Of a stretch of 43,844 nucleotides of DNA, positions 28,727 through 37,086 are shown in pieces. The notes beneath the pieces were generated by a model that did not search any database, was not told where the DNA came from, and saw nothing but the letters and a program-made list of their open reading frames with translations. A program made the position numbers and the translations under genes. The DNA is from Leptospirales bacterium (GTDB lineage: Bacteria; Spirochaetota; Leptospiria; Turneriellales; JAOUFE01). Each line of letters begins with the position of its first letter. The first letter of the stretch is position 1. The stretch lies in contig JBEQLE010000031.1 of NCBI GenBank assembly GCA_040326155.1, forward strand, positions 1 to 43,844. The letters are read 5' to 3'.

Positions 28727-29542
28727 TCAGTTTTCAGGGAATATCTTTTGAATTGCAGATACAATTTTAGTCTTTTCATTGAAACTGTTTTCATATAAAA
28801 TTTGCGGGCGTTCAATTAAAATAGTTTCAATATTCATCTGCAAAGCAGTGTTAATTTTTTCTGCGGTGGAACCTTGTTTGCCGCTCTCTTTCGTTACCAT
28901 TATTGTAACCTTGTATTTTTCAAATAACGCACGGTTTAGCTCTTCCGAAAAAGGGCCTTGCAAAGCTACAATGTTTTTTTGAGCCAGGCCCAGGCGTTCG
29001 CACTCATTTATGCTCTCACTGCGAGGCAGAACCCGAGCAATGGTTTCCATTGTTTTTTCACTTTTGAATCTGTTGACAAAAAGATCCAGATTTTTAGCTC
29101 CCGTGGTCAGCATCACAATTTGTTTTGTCGATGTAGAGTGTTGACTCTTTTTTTGTAATATTAAAACCTTTTCGGCGGCTTCTTCATACGTTTGCACAAA
29201 GTGAAGTTTTTCATGAGTTCTGAATTTTTCCAACTCTTGTAGCGGGGGTCTTTCAAAACGCATATAGAGAACGCTGTTTTGTTTGCTCGCCTTCATGGCG
29301 CAATGCGAAGCCAGCTCGGCAAAAGGGTGGGTGGCGTCGACGACGATGGAGATATTTTCCTGTTGTATAAGAGCGCTCATTGAAGTTTCATCCAGGCGAC
29401 CACATCTTACGTTAAGATCCAGACTTCGGTATTCGGCTGCGCCGTTTTCATGCACAATGTTCGTTAAAACCGGCAACTTTGCTTCGTGTAAAAGTTGAGC
29501 TAGCTCTCTGGCATCGGAGGTTCCACCTAAAAGTAAAATCAT
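28727..29542 (-). CDS. cbiJ: Precorrin-6A reductase (CbiJ/CobK)
   Basis: LLGGTSDAR, VDATHPFA, GPFSEELN, VTKESG. Confidence 0.95.
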   Translation of the reverse strand: MILLLGGTSDARELAQLLHEAKLPVLTNIVHENGAAEYRSLDLNVRCGRLDETSMSALIQQENISIVVDATHPFAELASHCAMKASKQNSVLYMRFERPPLQELEKFRTHEKLHFVQTYEEAAEKVLILQKKSQHSTSTKQIVMLTTGAKNLDLFVNRFKSEKTMETIARVLPRSESINECERLGLAQKNIVALQGPFSEELNRALFEKYKVTIMVTKESGKQGSTAEKINTALQMNIETILIERPQILYENSFNEKTKIVSAIQKIFPEN

Positions 29543-29554
29543 AGTAAATACTCT

Positions 29555-30415
29555 TTATGCATGATCATGACTATGTGGTTGTGTATTTCCATAATGATGA
29601 ATAACATCGCCGGTGTCGGCTTCTATTCGGTATTTACACAGGTCGCAATTCATGCTTACACTCTCTTGTGTAACTTCCGAAATTCGGTGTAAAATAATAT
29701 CACCAAGCAGGGGATGAAAACCCATATAATTAGACATCGAAACCTCAACATCTTTTTGGTTGAGTCCATACTCATGTACCATCTTTTTCATTCGTTCTAT
29801 TAGAATTCCGGTAAATAAAAAATAAGGTAAAACTACTGTTTTTTTGGCGCCCAGGCGGCGGCATCTTTCGAGGCCGTCTTCCAGCGTTGGTTCGGTAATT
29901 CCCATAAAGGCAATTTCTACCGATAAAAATCGGTGTTGTTCCCAGAACAAACGGGCAATTCGAGAGAGCGTTGAGTTGGCATCGGGGTCGCTACTTCCTC
30001 GTCCAACAATTAAAATTGCGGTCTCATTTTTTACGGTTTCGTCTTCTAATTCTGGTTCTACTTCACGCAAGCGATCTTCCAGAATATGAATTAGACGAGC
30101 GTCCACATCAATGGGTTTTGCATACGAAAAACCAACCTGAGGGTGTCTTTTTTTGGCGGCGTCAATAAAAGCTGGAATATGAATTTTCGAATGTCCCGCT
30201 GGAAACAAAATAATAGGAATGACATACACATGGGTGGCGCCTTTTGAAATACAATTTTCAACACCGGCGGTAACATCGGGGTCGCAAAATTCCAGAAAAC
30301 AAGCTTCCGTATGAGGGTATTGTTTCGGGTCCACAGTTTTTTGTACAAACTCCAGAATCTCTTTGTTGCCTGCCATGTCACGGCTGCCGTGTCCTACAAA
30401 TAGAATAAATTTCAT
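29555..30415 (-). CDS. cbiX: Sirohydrochlorin cobaltochelatase, long form with MxCxxC and His-rich tail
   Basis: VGHGSR, AGHSKIHIP, VGRGSSDPDAN, MNCDLCKYR, HSHDHA. Confidence 0.93.
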   Translation of the reverse strand: MKFILFVGHGSRDMAGNKEILEFVQKTVDPKQYPHTEACFLEFCDPDVTAGVENCISKGATHVYVIPIILFPAGHSKIHIPAFIDAAKKRHPQVGFSYAKPIDVDARLIHILEDRLREVEPELEDETVKNETAILIVGRGSSDPDANSTLSRIARLFWEQHRFLSVEIAFMGITEPTLEDGLERCRRLGAKKTVVLPYFLFTGILIERMKKMVHEYGLNQKDVEVSMSNYMGFHPLLGDIILHRISEVTQESVSMNCDLCKYRIEADTGDVIHHYGNTQPHSHDHA

Positions 30416-30460
30416 ATTATAATCCTCTTATCCTCTTCTTGTACTTTTTCATACGCCATT

Positions 30461-32023
30461 TCATTCGGTTGTGCTGTTCGTTTGTTGCGAAGTTCGCTTT
30501 CTGAACTGGTAGAATTTCTCTCCAGCATCTCCGTTTGTTACATAGTCCATTACAATCGATTCTACTTCTAAAACCATCTCCGGTCCGCTCATCTCTTTTC
30601 GGATAGGCGTTGGCATCGTCAGGTTTCGTCCCTGGGCTTTAGCTCCGGCGTAGACTTCAAATTTTCCGCGAAAAAACAAAATTCCGATGTCTTCACGCAC
30701 GGCTCCATAGCAGGACATTCCACAACCGTTAAAACCAATTTTCATCTGGCGCGGTACTTGTATATTTGATAACTTGCGAAATAGCTCTTCGAGCCAGGGC
30801 AGGGGTTCTTGTTTTTGCAGGTCACAAAAATCACAGGCTTTAAAAAGTATAAGAGTGTTGGGGTCGTTCACAACCAAAGAAACTTCGTTTAAACTTTGTC
30901 TTAGTTCGCCCGGTTCTTTTCTAGAGCGCAACAACAACGAATGATCGGTGGTATACTCCATCTCACCATCTTCGCCAAGCAGGTCGGAAATTCGTCGAAC
31001 CTGTATTGCCGTGAATTTTTTTTGGACTAAACCCGGGCTCACGAAATACTCTTTGAGTGAATGTTTTTGGGGGGCGACGTCTGGCTTTGAACCTGGCGAT
31101 GTAGCAGAGCTAAATTGTTGTCCATGAATTTTTAACAAGGCCGCTTCCGCGCTTTCTCGTATCGAGTTTTTTTCAGGGTTAGAAACCAGGGAGTTCAACG
31201 CCCACGGTTCATTACTCGGGTGCATCCGCTCATTTTTTTGCAGCTGTTGTTCATCAGAATTCAACTGGTATTTTTTTTGATACCCTCGCGGTGTCACCAT
31301 CTTGTCGCCGTAAACCCTCGTTGTGGAATTACCGATAACAATGGTCGTCAACATACCAATCTCCTGCTCCAGAAGTTTGTCCAGGGTCGTAACCACTACA
31401 TTTTGTTTTTCACGATAAGCGCTTTTGACAACGCCAACCGGGGTATCGGCAGAACGGTAGGTTTGCAATATATTAACCGCTTCGACAATTTGCTGTTTGC
31501 GGCGGCCACTTTTGGGATTATAAATGGCTATCACAAAGTCGGCTTTCGCCGCAGCTTCAATGCGACGTTCTATAACATCCCAACCGGTAAGGTGATCGCT
31601 CAGACTAATGCTGCATACATCGTGTACTAAAGGAGCCCCTAATAAAGAAGCTGCGGAGAGCATGGCAGTAACTCCGGGAATCACCACGACCTCGGGTTTT
31701 TCACCGGGGTTCCAACCTGTTTCTATAAGTACTTCGTAAACAAGACCGGCCATTCCATATAGACCCGCATCACCGCTGGAAATAATGGCGACGGAATTTC
31801 CGGACCTGGCCCGGTTTACAGCTTCGCGTGCTCGCAAAACTTCTTCTGTCATTGCCGCGCTAATTACTTCTTGTGTGGTAATCAGTGGCTTGACTAATTT
31901 AACGTAGGTATCGTAACCCACAATAACTTCAGACGATAGTATGGCTTCTTTTGCCCTTTCGGTCATGTTTCCCAGGTCTCCGGGACCAATTCCGACAATT
32001 GTAATTGTTGATGTTTTTTTCAT
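30461..32023 (-). CDS. cbiH: Cobalt-precorrin-3 C17-methyltransferase fused to a nitrite/sulfite-reductase-like Fe-S domain (CbiH60 type)
   Basis: Start MKKTS at 32023. GIGPG, SSGDAGLYGMAG, ISLSDHLT, YNPKS, TPRGY; C-terminal ACDFCD and NGCGMSCYG. Confidence 0.93.
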   Translation of the reverse strand: MKKTSTITIVGIGPGDLGNMTERAKEAILSSEVIVGYDTYVKLVKPLITTQEVISAAMTEEVLRAREAVNRARSGNSVAIISSGDAGLYGMAGLVYEVLIETGWNPGEKPEVVVIPGVTAMLSAASLLGAPLVHDVCSISLSDHLTGWDVIERRIEAAAKADFVIAIYNPKSGRRKQQIVEAVNILQTYRSADTPVGVVKSAYREKQNVVVTTLDKLLEQEIGMLTTIVIGNSTTRVYGDKMVTPRGYQKKYQLNSDEQQLQKNERMHPSNEPWALNSLVSNPEKNSIRESAEAALLKIHGQQFSSATSPGSKPDVAPQKHSLKEYFVSPGLVQKKFTAIQVRRISDLLGEDGEMEYTTDHSLLLRSRKEPGELRQSLNEVSLVVNDPNTLILFKACDFCDLQKQEPLPWLEELFRKLSNIQVPRQMKIGFNGCGMSCYGAVREDIGILFFRGKFEVYAGAKAQGRNLTMPTPIRKEMSGPEMVLEVESIVMDYVTNGDAGEKFYQFRKRTSQQTNSTTE

Positions 32024-32027
32024 AATA

Positions 32028-32759
32028 TTATGTTGATAAATCAAAACCACCGTTTTGAAAACTTTGCCAGATTAAATAGGAACCAAGCAGTACACTATAT
32101 GCTCCGGTTATAATGCCTAACCCGAGATAAACCTTTTTTCTTTTAGACGCCTTTTGGAACAACCAGGAAACACTGAAAATAATAAGCAGGGTTGCTACAA
32201 ATAGACCAACGGTAAACATAAGAATTTGAAACAGAATCAGGTAAATATCTTTTAAACCCATGGAAGATGCAAAAAGGGTAAGCTGTGTCGGAGTTTCTGC
32301 TCCAATGCCATGAAGAACACCGATAAAAAAAGCTCCAATATTGTTCAAAGAAGCAGTGTGTATTTTCGCTCCTTCTTTGGATGGAAATTTCTTTCGAAAA
32401 AATTCTATAACAAGACTAATTCGGCTTTTGTAAACATAAGAACTTCTGTCCTGGTAAACAGATATTAAAATAAGTCCCCCCAAAAGTAAAAGGGTAAACC
32501 CGACTAAAAATTCCAATATGGTTGCAGCAGAATCGCTTAGTTGCATTCCAAGCAAAGCAGCGGCAAAACCAAAACACAAAACAATAGAGGCGTGACCGAC
32601 CGCATATAAAAGTCCATGGAGTAGTTGGCGTTTTCTTTCGAGCTCTATTCCAATAATATCAGAAAGAGCCGCAATATGGTCAGCGTCCATCCCATGTCGA
32701 AATCCCATGAGTACAAAGAACAGTGGGTAAAAAACATAACCGGAATCCAGTCCGCTCAT
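32028..32759 (-). CDS. NiCoT/HoxN-like nickel/cobalt transporter
   Basis: GFRHGMDADHIAA (HxxxxDH signature), GHA, LHGIGAET; first gene of the B12-regulated operon. Confidence 0.85.
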   Translation of the reverse strand: MSGLDSGYVFYPLFFVLMGFRHGMDADHIAALSDIIGIELERKRQLLHGLLYAVGHASIVLCFGFAAALLGMQLSDSAATILEFLVGFTLLLLGGLILISVYQDRSSYVYKSRISLVIEFFRKKFPSKEGAKIHTASLNNIGAFFIGVLHGIGAETPTQLTLFASSMGLKDIYLILFQILMFTVGLFVATLLIIFSVSWLFQKASKRKKVYLGLGIITGAYSVLLGSYLIWQSFQNGGFDLST

Positions 32760-32824
32760 ATTTGGGTCCTTGCAAGTGGCGTATAACTTTTATGGTTGTG
32801 AATAAAAAACGAATTGTTGAACAT
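32756..32824 (-). CDS. Putative 22-aa leader ORF (MFNNSFFIHNHKSYTPLARTQI) coupled to the transporter gene
   Basis: ATG lies just downstream of the GAGGGAG in the riboswitch P13 loop; its TGA overlaps the transporter ATG (ATGA). Confidence 0.45.
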   Translation of the reverse strand: MFNNSFFIHNHKSYTPLARTQI

Positions 32825-32825
32825 A

Positions 32826-32982
32826 GACTTCTCCCTCGAAAAACGTTGAACTAGTATTCCGGCTCAGGGCTAAAGCCTACTCACCAGCCTTCCCATCTTT
32901 CGACAGTGGCATTTCAGGTTTTCGTTCCCATTACGGCTGCGGGGCAGCGGAGGATTTTCACCTCACTTCCGATAGTTCAGCT
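32826..32982 (-). promoter_or_regulatory. Cobalamin riboswitch
   Basis: Minus strand GGAAGTGAGGTGAAAATCCTCCGCTGCCCCGCAGCCGTAA...GCCACTG...GGGAAGG...GAGCCGGAATACT; P1 TGAACTA/TAGTTCA; downstream TTCGAGGGAGAAG kissing-loop partner. Confidence 0.92.
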
Positions 32983-33241
32983 CACTAAAGTTTAACACTT
33001 ACAGCTCACTTTAAGGTAAGAATATAGAGATTAAACTCACCGTCAATTCGTATTCTTATGGAATTTTTCTTCGCATGGTCGGTAATTCCCCACCGGGAAA
33101 TCCACACTTTTGGGCACTAATACGACCGGTGTTGCTTCTGAGTATAATAGCGTAAAGTGGATACTCGCAATATCACCATCTGTATGAAACTGCTGTTTCG
33201 TATAATTATAGAATTATTACGTGTTACCAATCAACTCTGAT

Positions 33242-33562
33242 TTAATTAGCTACTTTTTCCAATGCATCAACTACAAGGTCATTTATACTTTTGTGTTCCT
33301 TTGCAGCTTTTACAGCAATCTTTCGATGTAAATCAGATTGGATTCTTATATTAAATTTTCCAGAATATGGTTTTTCAGGATTCCTATTTTTTATTTTACA
33401 AAAGTCAAGATAATCATCGATTGAATTAATAAACTCATTTTTTAAATCATCTACCGTTTTCCCTTGAAAAGTTATTACATCTTTTAGGTCGACCACTTTG
33501 CCAAAAAATATTTCGGCCTCTTCATCAAATTCTATGCTTGCAGTGTAACCTTTATAAATCAT
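33242..33562 (-). CDS. hicB: HicB family antitoxin
   Basis: YKGYTASIEFD...ITFQG...F..SIDDYL..C....PEKPYSGKFNIRI..DLH (HicB plus RHH). Confidence 0.92.
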   Translation of the reverse strand: MIYKGYTASIEFDEEAEIFFGKVVDLKDVITFQGKTVDDLKNEFINSIDDYLDFCKIKNRNPEKPYSGKFNIRIQSDLHRKIAVKAAKEHKSINDLVVDALEKVAN

Positions 33563-33812
33563 ATGAATTCTCCTATATCGATATTTGAGTTTACTATAAA
33601 TTCTCTTACCGATTTTAATGCACCTTTATCTGTAACTTTTTCAGGATGCGGCCGATGAAAAATCGCAATCCTATCATTTAAATAAATACGTACTCTAGAA
33701 CCTGCGCCCTCTGAGATTTCTCCTCCAAGTGCAGATAACATTTTTTCAATATCTTTCCATACAACATCTGACCGTAAAGAGTCTTCAAAACTTTTACATG
33801 TTTATTATTCAA
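33559..33812 (-). pseudogene. hicA: HicA family toxin, frameshifted near codon 9
   Basis: TTG start gives MNNKHVKVL. The HicA continuation FEDSLRSDVVWKDIEKMLSALGG..EGAGSRVR..FHRPHP is in another frame, which has an upstream TAA. Confidence 0.8.
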
Positions 33813-33836
33813 AGTAGTACTACATTACGGTACTTA
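33813..33836. promoter_or_regulatory. Putative HicB operator
   Basis: Palindrome GTAGTACTAC and inverted pair AGTAC-N9-GTACT immediately upstream of the hicA start. Confidence 0.5.
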
Positions 33837-33919
33837 ATTCCGACTGTCAATTAATATTCTAATTCAGGTACTGATATTTTATCGAGCTGTTTTTCAATTC
33901 ACTTATACTTATTAGAAAA

Positions 33920-34195
33920 TATGCTCAGCACTTCGGGTGACGTCCATGTCACCCTCATAGTACGATGGTTTCCATCGCCTAACAGACTCCATGTTATAGT
34001 TGCAAATACTGGCACTGCTTTTAGGACTTAGCATGACAGGACCGACTTTGTCCGCCCGGTATGGAGTCGTGACGTGAAAATATCTAGTAGTACAATTACA
34101 CGGTGAATACCGTCGATAGTAGCGTGTGTGGATTATGCACATAAATGAACTTACGGCCTGACTTCAAGGCAGCTTTCACGAGTTTGAAGGCTCTG
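33920..34195 (+). ncRNA. Candidate ~270-nt multi-branched structured ncRNA of unknown family
   Basis: More than 10 nested helices including long-range stems and a 5'/3' closing stem; wobbles read G-U on the + strand; TATACT -10-like box at 33904. Confidence 0.55.
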
Positions 34196-34390
34196 TTTAT
34201 ATTCTTACCTGTCTATTTCGTACCCTGATAATAGCTATCTAAAATATACCAACGCTGGCAATAATCTATATTGCATTTTGACCATCTTTCCGTACCCGGT
34301 TTTAGACCATCAGCTTTTTCCCGGTTCAATTGAAATATTATTGACTGGCATGATAGGTTATAAAGAAAAACCAAAGGTTGAATTATACAT

Positions 34391-37003
34391 ATGAAGCAAT
34401 TAACAACAAGCCAGATACGACAGGTCTTTTTAGACTTTTTTTCAAAACACCAGCACCAAAAACTTGAGGGGGCGTCGATTATTCCTGATAACGACCCTAC
34501 TCTTCTTTATATTAATAGCGGTATGGCGCCATTAAAAAGTTATTTTTTAGGTGAAGCGTCGCCACCAGAAAAAAAAATGTGCAACGTACAACCCTGTATT
34601 CGAACAAATGATATTGAAGACGTAGGCGATCGGCATCATTTAACTTTTTTCGAGATGATGGGCAGTTGGTCTATCGGCGATTATTACAAAGAAGGGGCCA
34701 TCAAGCTTGCTTACGATCTTTTAGTGAATCATTTTGAATATGACCCTCAAAAACTGTATGCTACGGTTTATAAAGGCAACGCTGAAGCGGGCATTCCTGC
34801 TGATACTGAGTCTATAGAATTCTGGAAAAGTGTCGGTTTGCCGGAAGATCATATTGTCTCGTTAGGAGACGATAATTTCTGGGGACCTGCCGGGCAAACG
34901 GGACCGTGTGGACCATGCACAGAGGTATTTTTTGATACCGGCGATGAGTACGGCCCTGCCTATACTCCAGGTGGTCATTTTGATGATGTAAACCGTTACA
35001 TCGAAATATGGAACGCCGGGGTTTTTATGGAACTCAATAAAATGGCCGATGGCAGTTTCGAGAATTTACCTTTAAAAAGCGTAGATACAGGCGCTGGCGT
35101 CGAACGAATGTACATGGCTTTGAATAATTGCGACTCTTTGTATGATGTCGATGTGGTTAAACCCATATACGATCTGGCGAAGATAAAATTTGGCGCTGAG
35201 CATATAACGCAAAAAGATCTTCGAATGGTGACCGACCATATTCGAAGCAGTACATTCATTTTATCTGAGGGTGTAAAACCTGACAAAGATGGAAGAGGGT
35301 ATATTGTAAGAAGGTTAATACGAAAATGTATTACTGTTGCCGTACGCGCGAAAACGCCACCTATAGAACTTATAGAATTATCAAATGAAGTTATTGAACA
35401 GCTTAAAGATTTTTACCCGCAACTGGAACTTCAGAAAAAACAGATTCTACAATTATTGGAAGATGAAATTGTAGACTTTGAACCTGCGATAAAAAATGGG
35501 CTGGAGCTACTCAATGATGAACTGGCCAATGTCACGGACAAAAAATTAGATGCCAATAAAGTATTTATATTAGTTACAACCCATGGAGTACCTTTTGAAA
35601 TCGTTAAAGATTACGCGATGGCCAGATCTGTATCTATCGATGAAAAAGAGTATGAAAAACTATACCGTGAACATCAAAAAGTTTCACGCCAGGGAACAGA
35701 AACAAACGCACTGGTCGACCTGGGGTTAGATTCTGCGCACCTGGAAGAGCTGACAAATGGCGTTGCTCCTACAGAATTTACCGGATATGATGAGTTAAAC
35801 ATAGAAGCCAGGGTTCTGGCCATTTTGCAAAACGGGAAAAAAGTTGAAAAAACAGATTCCACAAATCAATGTTTAGTGGTTACAGATAAAACAACTTTCT
35901 ATGCCGAGGGCGGAGGGCAGGCTGCCGATAAAGGCCGAATTGAGAATGATAACTTTAAAGGAACGGTTGTGGATGTTAAAAATCATAACCATGTTTATAT
36001 TCATTATCTGAATATTGACGAAGGTTTTATTTCTCAATCCGATGTTGTTAAGCTATCTGTAGATAAAAACAATCGTGAAAGCACGGCAAAAAACCATTCT
36101 GCGACCCACCTTTTGCATAGCGCTTTACGGAGCGTTCTTGGTGAACATGTTTCCCAGAAAGGGTCTTTGGTAAATTCAGAAAAGTTAAGATTCGATTTTC
36201 AGCATAATAAACCATTAAGTAAAGATGAAATTCAAAGTGTAGAAAACCTGGTGAACCAATGGATTTGGCAGGCAACCGGCTGCAACATAACAGAAGAGAG
36301 TTACCAAAAAGCAATCGCTTCGGGAGTTACAGCACTTTTTGGCGAGAAATACCAGGAAGATGTTCGTGTCGTTCGCTTTGCAGATTTTTCTGCGGAGCTA
36401 TGCGCAGGAACCCATGTGGTAAACTCGGGGCAAATCGGTTTGGTAAAAATATTAACAGAAACCAGTACGGCAAGAGGAATAAGACGAATGGAGGCCATTA
36501 CCGGTTCCGTTGCTTATGAATACCTGTCAAAATCAGATCAAATTATTTCTGCTGTGCAAGAGATTATTCGCGGCGATAAAGAACAACTGGTTGAAAATAT
36601 ATTCGCATTGAAAAAATCAGCAAAAGAAAATAAGGCAAAAGATTCCCTGACGCAAACCGCGTGGGATGTGGATGAAATTCTAGAAGGCACTTCCGGACTA
36701 AAAGCAATTTTCGGGCAAATTGGCCTTGATAAAAAAGAACTTATTGATCTGGGTGAGAAAGAGCTGAAGAGTCGAGCGCTCGATGTAGCGTTTATGGTTT
36801 CTCCCGCTGAAGATAAACTGGTTGTTGTTGTCATTGTCTCAGATAAAAACACAGACAAGATGAAAGCAAATATAATATTAAAAAATTGGATAGAGCGCTT
36901 TGACGGTAGAGGCGGCGGTAAAGCCAACGTGGCGCAAGGCGGAATCAACGGAAAAATTGACCTTGCTCTGCTTAAAAATTCAGCGCTGGAAGCCCTTGGG
37001 TAA
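34391..37003 (+). CDS. alaS: Alanine--tRNA ligase (divergent motif 2)
   Basis: DPTLLYINSGM, HLTFFEMMG, GPCGPCTE, VDTGAGVER, DHIRS, editing HSATHLLH and ELCAGTHV, C-terminal GGG...AQGG. Confidence 0.95.
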   Translation: MKQLTTSQIRQVFLDFFSKHQHQKLEGASIIPDNDPTLLYINSGMAPLKSYFLGEASPPEKKMCNVQPCIRTNDIEDVGDRHHLTFFEMMGSWSIGDYYKEGAIKLAYDLLVNHFEYDPQKLYATVYKGNAEAGIPADTESIEFWKSVGLPEDHIVSLGDDNFWGPAGQTGPCGPCTEVFFDTGDEYGPAYTPGGHFDDVNRYIEIWNAGVFMELNKMADGSFENLPLKSVDTGAGVERMYMALNNCDSLYDVDVVKPIYDLAKIKFGAEHITQKDLRMVTDHIRSSTFILSEGVKPDKDGRGYIVRRLIRKCITVAVRAKTPPIELIELSNEVIEQLKDFYPQLELQKKQILQLLEDEIVDFEPAIKNGLELLNDELANVTDKKLDANKVFILVTTHGVPFEIVKDYAMARSVSIDEKEYEKLYREHQKVSRQGTETNALVDLGLDSAHLEELTNGVAPTEFTGYDELNIEARVLAILQNGKKVEKTDSTNQCLVVTDKTTFYAEGGGQAADKGRIENDNFKGTVVDVKNHNHVYIHYLNIDEGFISQSDVVKLSVDKNNRESTAKNHSATHLLHSALRSVLGEHVSQKGSLVNSEKLRFDFQHNKPLSKDEIQSVENLVNQWIWQATGCNITEESYQKAIASGVTALFGEKYQEDVRVVRFADFSAELCAGTHVVNSGQIGLVKILTETSTARGIRRMEAITGSVAYEYLSKSDQIISAVQEIIRGDKEQLVENIFALKKSAKENKAKDSLTQTAWDVDEILEGTSGLKAIFGQIGLDKKELIDLGEKELKSRALDVAFMVSPAEDKLVVVVIVSDKNTDKMKANIILKNWIERFDGRGGGKANVAQGGINGKIDLALLKNSALEALG

Positions 37004-37086
37004 CCGAATATTTACGTTCAATTATAATGTAACGGCTTTGACGGCAGAGCCGAGTATAAAAATAGACTTATTGAAAAGGAAATGAC

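Noticed and set aside
32978..33010. Direct repeat CAGCTCACT x2 upstream of the riboswitch
   Set aside because: Only 9 bp, two copies; could be a regulator site but the evidence is insufficient.
34100..34112. ACGGTGAATAC match to a 16S rRNA segment
   Set aside because: Only 11 nt with non-matching flanks; coincidental.
33912..34142. 76-aa minus-strand ORF
   Set aside because: No SD, no recognisable motif and atypical composition; better explained as the antisense of the structured RNA candidate.
33920..34390. T-box riboswitch upstream of alaS
   Set aside because: No TGGNACCGCG T-box sequence and no terminator/antiterminator pair before the start codon.
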